This document shows, piece by piece, positions 1 to 8,511 of a DNA stretch of 64,000 nt. The position numbers and the translations under genes were made by a program. Below the pieces are notes generated by a model. That model had not been told where the DNA came from, did no database searches, and was given only the letters and a program-made list of their open reading frames with translations. Source of the stretch: a virus. Lineage: Duplodnaviria > Caudoviricetes. Position 1 is the stretch's first letter. Each line of letters starts with the position of its first letter. The stretch covers positions 169,104-233,103 of the IMG/VR virus record IMGVR_UViG_3300021426_000063; one strand, 5' to 3'.

Positions 1-21
1 TTTGTAATTTGTTTTCTATTA

Positions 22-53
22 CAAAGATAATATATTTTTTTGAAATATCCAAA
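22..53 (-). promoter_or_regulatory. Bacteroidota-type (-33/-7) promoter TTTG-N20-TATCTTTG for a gene left of the window
   Basis: Minus strand reads TTTG-20 nt-TATCTTTG, matching the Bacteroides consensus TTTG-N19-21-TAnnTTTG; same geometry at 5200-5231 and 63180-63211. Confidence 0.7.
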
Positions 54-66
54 TTTAATTTAATCT

Positions 67-74
67 CATAAATA
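67..74 (+). promoter_or_regulatory. Putative late promoter CATAAATA (T4 TATAAATA-like)
   Basis: Recurs upstream of genes at + 67, 2361, 6993, 7625, 8234, 18651, 23140, 39039, 41439, 42842, 45700, 47730, 51556, 55097, 63229, 63536 and - 45717, 47712, 59752. Confidence 0.75.
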
Positions 75-99
75 ATTTATAGTATTAAACTGTATTTTT

Positions 100-2355
100 A
101 TGGATAGATTAGAAAACATCAAAAAGTTTGATGAATATATGAATGTCCTCAATGAAGACCTTATTCATGGTGAACAAAAAGATTGTGATAGAGCATTCAT
201 AAGAAGTACTCCAATAATTGACTTTGGTAATGGTGATAAGGTTAAAGCAATTGAAATTGTCAATGCTGTACATGAAGCAACCAGATTATTGGAAGTTAAT
301 CATGGTAGGACATATGAATTTGCAGAGAATACATTGAACATCATTTATCTTGCACATAGTAATAAGATTAAAACTATGGCAGTTGATAAATATATGAATC
401 TTTATATGAATGCAGGTTTCATTTATCATAATTTGAAAATGGACCCAGAACTTATAGGTGCAGTAATTATGCATGAGGCTCTTCATGCTCTTTATGACCA
501 TATTGACAGAAGTATAAACTGGTTGTCTGCAAAAGGAAAACCAAAGACACCAAGTAATTGGCATGATACTAATCTTGCTGCTGATGTTGAGGTGAACAGA
601 ACATTAACCCGTATTGGAGTTATAGAAGAAGATAGACTTATTAATGAGATACATGGTTTGTATCTTAAACAGTTGGATAGATCAACTGGTGTTGTACCTC
701 TTGAAATGATACTTGATAATGAAGAGTATATGCAGAAATTGAGGGAGATGTGTCCTCCTGATCCAGATCCAACGAAGATGCCTTCTACTCCTGAAACTGA
801 AATTGAAACAACAGAAGATTGGGATAATGGATACAAAGATGCCTGGAATAAGGTTGCTGAACTTATTAGAAAGTATGGTGCCAAAGGTGCCTGGGAGAAA
901 CTTATGGATGCTGGTGTTGTGAATGGTGTTGGTGAAATCTATACTAATAAAGAGATAGATGATATTATGGGACTTGAGTTTTTAACTGTCAAGTCTATGG
1001 AGGATTTTATAAATGAAGACCTTAAAGTTGAACCATCAGATAAAGGAAAAACATATAAAGATGGATTTATGAATGCTTTTGGTAAGTTGGTGAATGCACT
1101 TTATACATCCATTAATCCACCAGATGATTGGGATGATGAAGGAAGTGATGGTCCAGAACCTTCAGGTGGAAAAAAGTTTAAATCAAAGATGAAGAAGGAT
1201 GAACTTGATCCAATTAATTTACCACAACCAAAAGGAAAAAAGAAAAAGAAGAAAGATTCAGATGATGATGGTGTGCCTGAAAATATAAATGGTGGTTATG
1301 ATGATAATGAACTTGAAAATGATATAGACAAGAAGACTAATGGAGGTGAGAATAAGATTACAACAAAACAAGATGTTGAGTTTGGTGGAAGAAAAGGTGT
1401 TGGAGGTACAGGTTCATTCCAGGAGGAAGGTTTGTCAGATGATGAATTGAAGAATTCAGGATATAGCACAGAAGACCTTGAAAAGGTTAATAAGGTAAGA
1501 GAGAATAATAAATTCAAAAATACAAAGGCTGGTATTGAGAAAAAGATTGAAAGGATGAAGAGAAATCTTCCTCCAGGTCATCCTATTAAGAAGACTCTTG
1601 ATGCAATTGAAGTTGAGGCCAGTAAGTATAGGAATATCTGGAAAAAGATTCTTAAAGAATTTATGGCCCAGAAAACAAGAAGGGCAGGAACTGATAAATC
1701 AACTGGACACAATGACTGGATAAGAAAGAAGTCAATTGCCAGGGGAGAATATGGTATACATCATCAGAAGACTGCACAGGATCCACAGGATGTGAATATA
1801 TATGTTGATGTATCTGGTTCAATGGATGCTGAACTTCTTGAAATCATTGCAAAATCATTGGTCATCTATACACAACAATGGAAATATTCTGGAATAAATG
1901 TTTGTCCTTGGGCATCTTATAGTGGAGGTGTACATAATGTTGGAGACTTCTATAAGAAAACCGAAGCACAGGTTACAAAGGAAATCCTTGATATTATAGA
2001 TGAAGGTAAATATAAATGTGGTGGAGGTACATCAGGAGATGCTGCCATAGATTCAATGGTTGATTCTGTTGTTGAAACATTGAGTGATTCTAAAAAGAAG
2101 AAGAAAGATGATATCCATGTTGTGATTACTGATGGCTATTTTGATTTTGAAAATATTGAAAACAGAATCAAACAAGCACTTAAATCTGAGATTAATAGAG
2201 ATGATGTTGCAGCAAAAGCACCAAAGAATACAATATGGATGATATATAATGACACTGGTGATTTTAGTGAGTCATTTAAAGATGGATGGAATAATGAGAT
2301 TAAAGAAGGTAGAATCATTTTTATTAACTCAAATGTAGTTAAGAATAATGGATAA
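100..2355 (+). CDS. Putative metallopeptidase (DUF2201-like) + VWA domain protein, partner of the MoxR-type ATPase
   Basis: HEALH (HEXXH) and NLAADVEVN in the N-terminal part; acidic/Lys-rich linker; VWA MIDAS motifs DVSGSM, GGGTS, ITDGY. Confidence 0.8.
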   Translation: MDRLENIKKFDEYMNVLNEDLIHGEQKDCDRAFIRSTPIIDFGNGDKVKAIEIVNAVHEATRLLEVNHGRTYEFAENTLNIIYLAHSNKIKTMAVDKYMNLYMNAGFIYHNLKMDPELIGAVIMHEALHALYDHIDRSINWLSAKGKPKTPSNWHDTNLAADVEVNRTLTRIGVIEEDRLINEIHGLYLKQLDRSTGVVPLEMILDNEEYMQKLREMCPPDPDPTKMPSTPETEIETTEDWDNGYKDAWNKVAELIRKYGAKGAWEKLMDAGVVNGVGEIYTNKEIDDIMGLEFLTVKSMEDFINEDLKVEPSDKGKTYKDGFMNAFGKLVNALYTSINPPDDWDDEGSDGPEPSGGKKFKSKMKKDELDPINLPQPKGKKKKKKDSDDDGVPENINGGYDDNELENDIDKKTNGGENKITTKQDVEFGGRKGVGGTGSFQEEGLSDDELKNSGYSTEDLEKVNKVRENNKFKNTKAGIEKKIERMKRNLPPGHPIKKTLDAIEVEASKYRNIWKKILKEFMAQKTRRAGTDKSTGHNDWIRKKSIARGEYGIHHQKTAQDPQDVNIYVDVSGSMDAELLEIIAKSLVIYTQQWKYSGINVCPWASYSGGVHNVGDFYKKTEAQVTKEILDIIDEGKYKCGGGTSGDAAIDSMVDSVVETLSDSKKKKKDDIHVVITDGYFDFENIENRIKQALKSEINRDDVAAKAPKNTIWMIYNDTGDFSESFKDGWNNEIKEGRIIFINSNVVKNNG

Positions 2356-2390
2356 TTAAACATAAATAAACTATATAAAGTATTTGTACT

Positions 2391-4583
2391 ATGAAAAATT
2401 TAATGAGTAGAAATGAATATCTTCAGAATGTTGAAGAAGGTTTCATCAAAGATACTATTAAGAAAGGATGGGAAAAGGTGAAGTCTTTCTTCAAACTTGG
2501 ATATAAGAAGGTTAAGGATTTCATTGCTGTTATTGATGGGGCTGGTAATGTACTTCCAGTTGTTTCATTTTCAGCAACCATTGATAGGATTGCTGATATG
2601 ACAGGTGTTGATGTATTTGCACCTTCAATGATTTCAGATTTTGTTGTTGAGGCAGGAGGTAATGGTTGTGAAGAGAAAGCGCCATTGATAGAAGATGATG
2701 AGATTTACAACTATGGACCTAATGGTCGTGAAGAGTTTGCATCTTGGATGAAAGACAAGAAATATAAGGAAGAACCAGAGTATAAGAATATGATGACTCT
2801 TACCAAGATGATGGCAGAGAGTAATGGTGTATCAGAAGAAGAGTTTAACAAACTCTTTGAAGATTGGGAAGGAGTTAAAAATGCCAGAGTGAAGTTTGAG
2901 GATGATCAAGAATTAAAGGGAGCAAGAAAAATACATGCTGATAAATTTTCACAGATTCTTAATAAGAAATTAAATGACTGGTCTGTCAGGAGAGGTAAGG
3001 GAAGTGTTGAGATTGATGCCAATGGTAGGAGAAGAGAAGGTGGAGTTATGTCAAACATCTTGGTGTTTGGTGCTCCGGGTATTGGTAAATCAACTGTACC
3101 AAATGCTGTTATTAAAGAGTATAACAGTCGTGTTACAAATCCAGAAGATATGATTTCATTGATTAATATTAACTGTGCAAACATTGATGAAGGTGATTTT
3201 ATGATGCCTACAATGCCAAGAGAAGTTAATATCACAGATGAGATTGAAAATTTCAAGGATGCATTCCCACAGGCAAGTGCTGAACTTGAAAAACTTTCTC
3301 CTGCACAAAAAGAGAAACTTGCAAATGTAATTTATCATAGTAATCAGTTTAAGGCAACAGATGCACCTAAATCCTGGTTACCTTCATATAGAAAGACAGG
3401 TAATGATTTCATTGATAAACTTCTTAATGATGCCGCCAATGGTGGTGTATATAGTAATGATGATGGTTCAGTGAAAGTTGGTGGTGGTGGTATCATCCTT
3501 CTTGATGAGTTCCTCAGATGTAAACCTGGTGTGTTTGGTCAGTTGATGAACTTTTTGAATGATAGAACACTCAATGGTTGGGTACTTGGTGACAGATGGA
3601 CAATCATTGCTTGCTCTAACAGACCTTGTGATGATGGTGAAGTTGCAGAAGCATGGGGTAACTTCCATATAGCAGGTAAAGATAGATGGGGACATATGTA
3701 TCAATTGATTCCAACAGCAGAAGAATGGAAAGAATGGGTAAGAAGTAAAGGTTGGGATGAACTTCTTCTTGAATTTATTTTTGAAGATAGTGAAGAATCA
3801 ATGGCAGGTAAAGAGTATGCAAGATGGCATAGTGGTGTCTTGAATGGTGCAGAAGCAAGTAGTCAGGTGAAACCTATTACTCCCCGTGAATGGGAACGTG
3901 TGTTCAGAGAATTGACAGAGTATGAAATTGAAAATGGTTACAGTGATATTTCAGAAATGACTATGGAAGAAATTGATGATATATTGGGTGGTGCTTTTGA
4001 TGATGATTTTGTAGAAGAAATTAAGGATTGGTTGGAAGACCACAAGGATAAGATTGACCTTGATAAAGTTATGAATAATCCAGAAGATGTTTATATGCCA
4101 AAACAGTTCATCAATGACCCTGCAAAGGCACTTATACTTATTCAAAGTCTTTATAAGGATTTTGCTAGAAGATATAAAGATGACATTGATGGATTTACAG
4201 ATGAGCAACTTGCTAACATATGCTTATGGTTAGGTATTAATTATAAAGATGATTATCAAAATGTATATGGATTTGTTGATAAACTCACAAAGACTGTATT
4301 GAAAGATAAATCAGATCATAATATTACTAATTACATAAAGACTATGCAAGTATTGATGGCAGGATATCCTTTGAAAGGTTTTGAAGAAGATGTTGAATAT
4401 GGAGAACAAAATCAAAATTGGCCAGAAGGAAGTCTTGAAATTATCAAAGACCTTATGCGAAAATATTTCCCTTGGAGAATTGATGGTGATAAGATTAATT
4501 ACTTTGATAATTTTGATATGAGTGAAGTTGAAAAATATTCTGCAAAAATCAATACAATTGGTGATAAAGTAGAAACAGAATAA
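2391..4583 (+). CDS. MoxR/AAA_5-type AAA+ ATPase
   Basis: Walker A GAPGIGKS, Walker B IILLDE, sensor-1 ACSN, TPREW sensor-2; adjacent to a VWA gene. Confidence 0.8.
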   Translation: MKNLMSRNEYLQNVEEGFIKDTIKKGWEKVKSFFKLGYKKVKDFIAVIDGAGNVLPVVSFSATIDRIADMTGVDVFAPSMISDFVVEAGGNGCEEKAPLIEDDEIYNYGPNGREEFASWMKDKKYKEEPEYKNMMTLTKMMAESNGVSEEEFNKLFEDWEGVKNARVKFEDDQELKGARKIHADKFSQILNKKLNDWSVRRGKGSVEIDANGRRREGGVMSNILVFGAPGIGKSTVPNAVIKEYNSRVTNPEDMISLININCANIDEGDFMMPTMPREVNITDEIENFKDAFPQASAELEKLSPAQKEKLANVIYHSNQFKATDAPKSWLPSYRKTGNDFIDKLLNDAANGGVYSNDDGSVKVGGGGIILLDEFLRCKPGVFGQLMNFLNDRTLNGWVLGDRWTIIACSNRPCDDGEVAEAWGNFHIAGKDRWGHMYQLIPTAEEWKEWVRSKGWDELLLEFIFEDSEESMAGKEYARWHSGVLNGAEASSQVKPITPREWERVFRELTEYEIENGYSDISEMTMEEIDDILGGAFDDDFVEEIKDWLEDHKDKIDLDKVMNNPEDVYMPKQFINDPAKALILIQSLYKDFARRYKDDIDGFTDEQLANICLWLGINYKDDYQNVYGFVDKLTKTVLKDKSDHNITNYIKTMQVLMAGYPLKGFEEDVEYGEQNQNWPEGSLEIIKDLMRKYFPWRIDGDKINYFDNFDMSEVEKYSAKINTIGDKVETE

Positions 4584-4587
4584 AAAC

Positions 4588-4619
4588 AAAAAGAGAGAAC
4601 CAAACAGTTCTCTCTTTTT
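4588..4619. terminator. Bidirectional intrinsic terminator
   Basis: AAAAAGAGAGAAC-caaaca-GTTCTCTCTTTTT between convergent genes. Confidence 0.8.
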
Positions 4620-4803
4620 ATTTGTTTTGATCTGTGATGAGTATTTCTGATTCACATATCTTTGTACTCTCACTCAATTCTTTCTGGAATGGTCTGTCAA
4701 TATAGATACCAATCTTGAAACCATTACCCACATCCATTTGAATGGGTGTGATATGAATCCTCATATTCTTTTTGAGGAATCTTATGAGTTCATCTTCATC
4801 CAT
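4618..4803 (-). CDS. Hypothetical protein (61 aa)
   Basis: TAATG-coupled to the upstream ORF; ends at the terminator. Confidence 0.6.
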   Translation of the reverse strand: MDEDELIRFLKKNMRIHITPIQMDVGNGFKIGIYIDRPFQKELSESTKICESEILITDQNK

Positions 4804-5192
4804 TAGTCACCAAAATCTATTTCATAGATAGTATCTTCCTTACCAATCTCCCAGAACTTGAATGTTCCACACTTGGTATAATGGTAAGCTTTCATACTGA
4901 TTTCACCATTCTTCTTTGCCTCTTTGAGCAAAGGGAACACCTTGTTACTGTATTTCTGTGAATAAGATCCTTCTATGATGTCATACCCAACAATATATGC
5001 ATCTGCTTCAACAGTAACAGTTTCTTTTCTTAATTTATTATACTGTTGTATAAAGTGAATCTTAACAGGTAGGTTCTCTATCTGTTTGTGTTCTTCAATG
5101 TAATCTTTCTTCAACTGGGTAAGTTCCCGTTTGAGTTGAATCATCTGTGCTGTCTTCTTTGTATGAAGATCAATATATTCTTCTCTTGTCAT
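4803..5192 (-). CDS. Hypothetical protein (129 aa), probable early gene
   Basis: ATG lies 7 nt downstream of a host-type -7 element. Confidence 0.7.
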   Translation of the reverse strand: MTREEYIDLHTKKTAQMIQLKRELTQLKKDYIEEHKQIENLPVKIHFIQQYNKLRKETVTVEADAYIVGYDIIEGSYSQKYSNKVFPLLKEAKKNGEISMKAYHYTKCGTFKFWEIGKEDTIYEIDFGD

Positions 5193-5199
5193 ACTACTA

Positions 5200-5231
5200 C
5201 AAATATAATGAAAATAATTTGCTTATCCAAA
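5200..5231 (-). promoter_or_regulatory. Bacteroidota-type promoter TTTG-N20-TATATTTG
   Basis: Exact -33/-7 elements with a 20-nt spacer. Confidence 0.7.
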
Positions 5232-5236
5232 TAATT

Positions 5237-6370
5237 TTAGATAAGCATTGCATCAAACTCATCATCAGAGAAACATTTTTCTATCTCATCAATATTGAAA
5301 AGGTTCTTCTTCTGAAGGTCATTGACATCTTTTATTGTTTCCTTGGTATTGATTGTTTTGAGATATTGTCCCCATAGGAACACAGGTTTGTGTTCTTTGA
5401 GTTTCTTCAATGATTTCTCTCTTCCAGTCTTGTCATTGTCAAACAGATATCTCACAGTCTCCACCTCATCAAAGAATCCATCCAGATGCTTGGCAGCACT
5501 CTGTAAGGCAATGGAGTTCGCTATCGCAAGTGAATCAATAGGACCCTCCATAATGGTGAGAGGTTGACTCATATTGACATTCATAATATTGAAAAGACCG
5601 GACAGTCTGTCAAGATTGGCCACAATGTTCTCAATACCATCCTCTTCATCAATGTACTTCTGACCAAGTGGTTCTTTAAGTAGAAGTCTTTCTACAATAC
5701 CATTGATGTCCTTGTTGAACACATCTGAATATATCTTTGTCAATCTACTTGACATATATCTCTGCTTATTGGATTTAGGATCCAGTTGTCTTATCTGATA
5801 ACCTATCACCCTATCAGATGGAGATATGTTCAGGATATAGAGTTCCATTGTTGAAGGATTGTATGCAAAGTACTTCCAATCCTGGATACCAATCATCCTT
5901 GATTTGAGATAGTTTGATACTTCCTGGTTCTTATAAGGAGAGATGATTCCCAGTTGTTTGAAGAGTATCATCTTTGGTATTGCCAGTTTATCAAGGAGAG
6001 TCATTGACATTGATGCCTGGTTTCCTGATACTTTCCTCTCAAACTTCTTTGCATTCTGTTGGATTTCATGGATAACAACCCTATCATCAATGGACAGTTC
6101 TTCACCAAAGTCTGAAAGAAGTCTATTTACACCAGTAGAGTGTGAGCAATTGAAACAATGATACCTGAGAGAATCAAGATAAAGGTTTCCTCTCTTCTTT
6201 CTTACATCAGTTCTGCTATCATTGCAGTAGACACAAGCAAAGTTAAGTCTATCATGATAGACATCAATCTTTCTTTTGATATAACTATCATTTGCAAACT
6301 TCTTATTTAATATGTTCTGAATTTTACCTTTGATATTTTCAATGGTTGTATTCTCTGAATCTGTCATCAT
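5237..6370 (-). CDS. DNA primase, T4 gp61-like (start probably ATG 6370 rather than 6409)
   Basis: Zn finger CVYC...CFNC with KKRGNLY; TOPRIM motifs EGPIDS, FDND, KDVND. Confidence 0.85.
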   Translation of the reverse strand: MMTDSENTTIENIKGKIQNILNKKFANDSYIKRKIDVYHDRLNFACVYCNDSRTDVRKKRGNLYLDSLRYHCFNCSHSTGVNRLLSDFGEELSIDDRVVIHEIQQNAKKFERKVSGNQASMSMTLLDKLAIPKMILFKQLGIISPYKNQEVSNYLKSRMIGIQDWKYFAYNPSTMELYILNISPSDRVIGYQIRQLDPKSNKQRYMSSRLTKIYSDVFNKDINGIVERLLLKEPLGQKYIDEEDGIENIVANLDRLSGLFNIMNVNMSQPLTIMEGPIDSLAIANSIALQSAAKHLDGFFDEVETVRYLFDNDKTGREKSLKKLKEHKPVFLWGQYLKTINTKETIKDVNDLQKKNLFNIDEIEKCFSDDEFDAMLI

Positions 6371-6605
6371 AAACTGAATCATAAATGTCCTGGAGACTAA
6401 ACTGACCATACTTGGAATGAAGTTCAGACATCATTCCATCTTCTTTCTCTTTGATTGATTTCAAGGTTTTTTCAAGTTCAATGACCTTATCTTGAATCTC
6501 TTCTGCTTTCTTTTGATATACAAACAGTTCTTCAGAGACATTCCTGTACTCTTCAACAATGTCTCTGATTTCTTTTGATTCCTGTTCTGTGAAGTTAATC
6601 TTCAT
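6339..6605 (-). CDS. Hypothetical coiled-coil protein (88 aa)
   Basis: Overlap-coupled between GroES and primase; heptad-like E/K-rich sequence. Confidence 0.7.
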   Translation of the reverse strand: MKINFTEQESKEIRDIVEEYRNVSEELFVYQKKAEEIQDKVIELEKTLKSIKEKEDGMMSELHSKYGQFSLQDIYDSVYDDRFREYNH

Positions 6606-6867
6606 CTTTTACAATCTTTGCAAAAACAAATCCTTCCTTTATACAATCATATTTTACACCATCTATCTTGATTGGTGTTGACCTGCCAATAGGTTTTACA
6701 ATGATGTCACCTTCTTTGAGTATTGAACCATCATATACTTTCAACACCCTGGCAAATCTGTTGTATTGTTCATCTGGTATATATAAACCAGATTTAGTTA
6801 TATTCTCATTCTTTATGTCCTGGATGAGTATATAACCATTCTTCATTTCTATTGGTATGTTATTCAT
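6595..6867 (-). CDS. groES: GroES/Cpn10-like co-chaperonin
   Basis: 90 aa with NGYILI, mobile loop TKSGLYIPD and LKEGDIIV. Confidence 0.75.
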   Translation of the reverse strand: MNNIPIEMKNGYILIQDIKNENITKSGLYIPDEQYNRFARVLKVYDGSILKEGDIIVKPIGRSTPIKIDGVKYDCIKEGFVFAKIVKDED

Positions 6868-6871
6868 ATTG

Positions 6872-6884
6872 TAAATATAACAAA
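6872..6884 (-). promoter_or_regulatory. Putative middle-class promoter TTTGTTATATTTA
   Basis: Exact 13-mer at - 6872, 39023, 46592, 46784, 60182 and + 21147, 42313, 57706, 58081; variants at + 55083 and - 41462; each copy lies just upstream of a gene start and points into that gene. Confidence 0.75.
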
Positions 6885-7023
6885 AGACAATAACTTCTAA
6901 AAAAACATAATTTATTAATTGAAAAATATGTATTGAAAGTCCTAATATATTAGATATGTTGTTTTATAAAGATACTTATTTGTACTATTGTACATAAATA
7001 TTATATAAAAAAGTAAAGTTTAT

Positions 7024-7566
7024 ATGAATTATTATATAGCATTGGAGATGGTAGGATATTCATCTGTGAGTAGTTTCTTGAGTAGTCTTGGTGAAAAACC
7101 AACATATGGTACTTGTGAAGATTTTTCAGATCCTTTTAATAGTTATACACCTGATAGCCAATTTCACAGTAGAAATACTGGTTCTAGTACTGGTCAATGG
7201 TATCCATCTCCAAAATCCTATAGTGGAACAACATATGCATTATATAGAATTGATGGATATGAATTAGATAATTTTGATATAGGAACTCTTGCTGCCCGAG
7301 ATGATATTCATAGTTCTCTTTGGTTATATGTGAATGATAGTGGTGCAAGTGGTGATCAGATAGTATATCTCAATAAATATGTTGCACCAACTTTAACATC
7401 TATATCAATTAAGATTGGAGGTTCATATGTGTCATCAAGTACAAGTATAAAGGTAGGTGAACAAAAGGAAATACAAATAATTGGAAATTACAGTAATGGT
7501 GAGACTAGGAATATCACTACTTCTGCATCATTGACACGTAGTAATACAAATATAAGTATTGTATAA
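7024..7566 (+). CDS. Cassette 1: variable N-terminal domain + truncated (N-part) Big_2-like Ig domain
   Basis: Own CATAAATA (6993) and terminator; C-terminus PTLTSISIK...IKVGEQKEIQIIGNYSNGETRNITTSASLTRSNTNISIV-stop. Confidence 0.75.
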   Translation: MNYYIALEMVGYSSVSSFLSSLGEKPTYGTCEDFSDPFNSYTPDSQFHSRNTGSSTGQWYPSPKSYSGTTYALYRIDGYELDNFDIGTLAARDDIHSSLWLYVNDSGASGDQIVYLNKYVAPTLTSISIKIGGSYVSSSTSIKVGEQKEIQIIGNYSNGETRNITTSASLTRSNTNISIV

Positions 7567-7572
7567 ATTAAG

Positions 7573-7599
7573 GACTTCTTTTTAGAAGTCTTTTTTTTT
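7573..7599 (+). terminator. Intrinsic terminator after cassette 1
   Basis: GACTTCT-tttt-AGAAGTC followed by T9. Confidence 0.75.
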
Positions 7600-7664
7600 A
7601 TCCAGAAAATTCCAAATGATATTGCATAAATAACATATATTTAATAATTAGATTGTTTAGAGTT

Positions 7665-8171
7665 ATGGCAGCAGGAAGTGTTATTTGTGTTGAATCAAGT
7701 ACAAGTTATATAAATACATTCAGAAATTCATATGGCAGTAATTTGACAGTGTATAATGGTGATGCTATAATTTATAATGTACCTACTAATGAATGGATAA
7801 AAATTAAAACATTTAATAATAAATATTATGCTTGTGCTTATGTTGGTAGATTTGTAGGATCTTCAGCAAATTTAAATGTTATAAATTCTGGGTCTAATAC
7901 ACCTAAAAAATGGGTATATGATACAAGTACAAGTATAGTTGACCCAGATTTTCAGGGAGGTATGACAATTACAGCATATTTATTAAAAGAATATGTCCCT
8001 GCTGTTACATCTATTTCAGTTACAGTAGGAGGTTCATCTGGAAGTACATCAGTTAAGGTAGATGAGCAAAAGGAGATTGTGGTTACAGCAAATTATGATG
8101 ATGGTTCTACTTCTACTGTAACACATAGTGCAACATTGACACCTAGTAATTCAAATATAAGTATTGTATAA
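7665..8171 (+). CDS. Cassette 2: different N-terminal domain + the same truncated Big_2-like Ig N-part
   Basis: Own CATAAATA (7625); ATG 7665 preferred over TTG 7653; C-terminus PAVTSISVT...VKVDEQKEIVVTANYDDGSTSTVTHSATLTPSNSNISIV-stop. Confidence 0.75.
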   Translation: MAAGSVICVESSTSYINTFRNSYGSNLTVYNGDAIIYNVPTNEWIKIKTFNNKYYACAYVGRFVGSSANLNVINSGSNTPKKWVYDTSTSIVDPDFQGGMTITAYLLKEYVPAVTSISVTVGGSSGSTSVKVDEQKEIVVTANYDDGSTSTVTHSATLTPSNSNISIV

Positions 8172-8193
8172 AAATCTTAATTATAATATATAT

Positions 8194-8227
8194 AAATGAC
8201 CTGTCTTATTTGACTGGTCATTTTTTT
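8194..8227 (+). terminator. Intrinsic terminator after cassette 2
   Basis: AAATGACC(t)GTC-ttattt-GAC(t)GGTCATTT followed by a T-run. Confidence 0.65.
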
Positions 8228-8272
8228 ATTTCCCATAAATAACTTATATGAAAATAACATAAGTATATAGAT

Positions 8273-8494
8273 ATGGAAAATGACATTCAAACAATTTCCT
8301 ATATCAATTTGGGAGATGGTCAGGAACACCCAATAGATGCTGTTTCAGTTGGTGGAAAACTTGGTGAAAATATCCAGGTGACCAATAATCTTGTTACATC
8401 TGTGAATTCAAGTTCATCAGATACACAATATCCATCTGCAAAATGTGTATATACATTGATAGGTGATATAGAAACTCTTTTGAGTAATATTTAA
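8273..8494 (+). CDS. Small fibre-associated/adaptor-like protein (73 aa), paralog of 63257-63529
   Basis: HPIDAVSVGGKLGENIQV.NNLVTS......DTQYPSAKCVY shared with the gene at 63257; late promoter at 8234. Confidence 0.7.
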   Translation: MENDIQTISYINLGDGQEHPIDAVSVGGKLGENIQVTNNLVTSVNSSSSDTQYPSAKCVYTLIGDIETLLSNI

Positions 8495-8511
8495 AAAAAA
8501 TGATTTAATTT

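Noticed and set aside
7024-8171. Diversity-generating retroelement or shufflon behind the variable tips
   Set aside because: No reverse transcriptase, adenine-specific template/variable repeat pair, recombinase or inverted cassettes in this window.
8172-8511. Intron or ribosomal bypass joining cassette 2 to the giant fibre
   Set aside because: The interval holds a terminator, a new CATAAATA promoter and a conserved 73-aa gene; no group I/II intron features were recognised.
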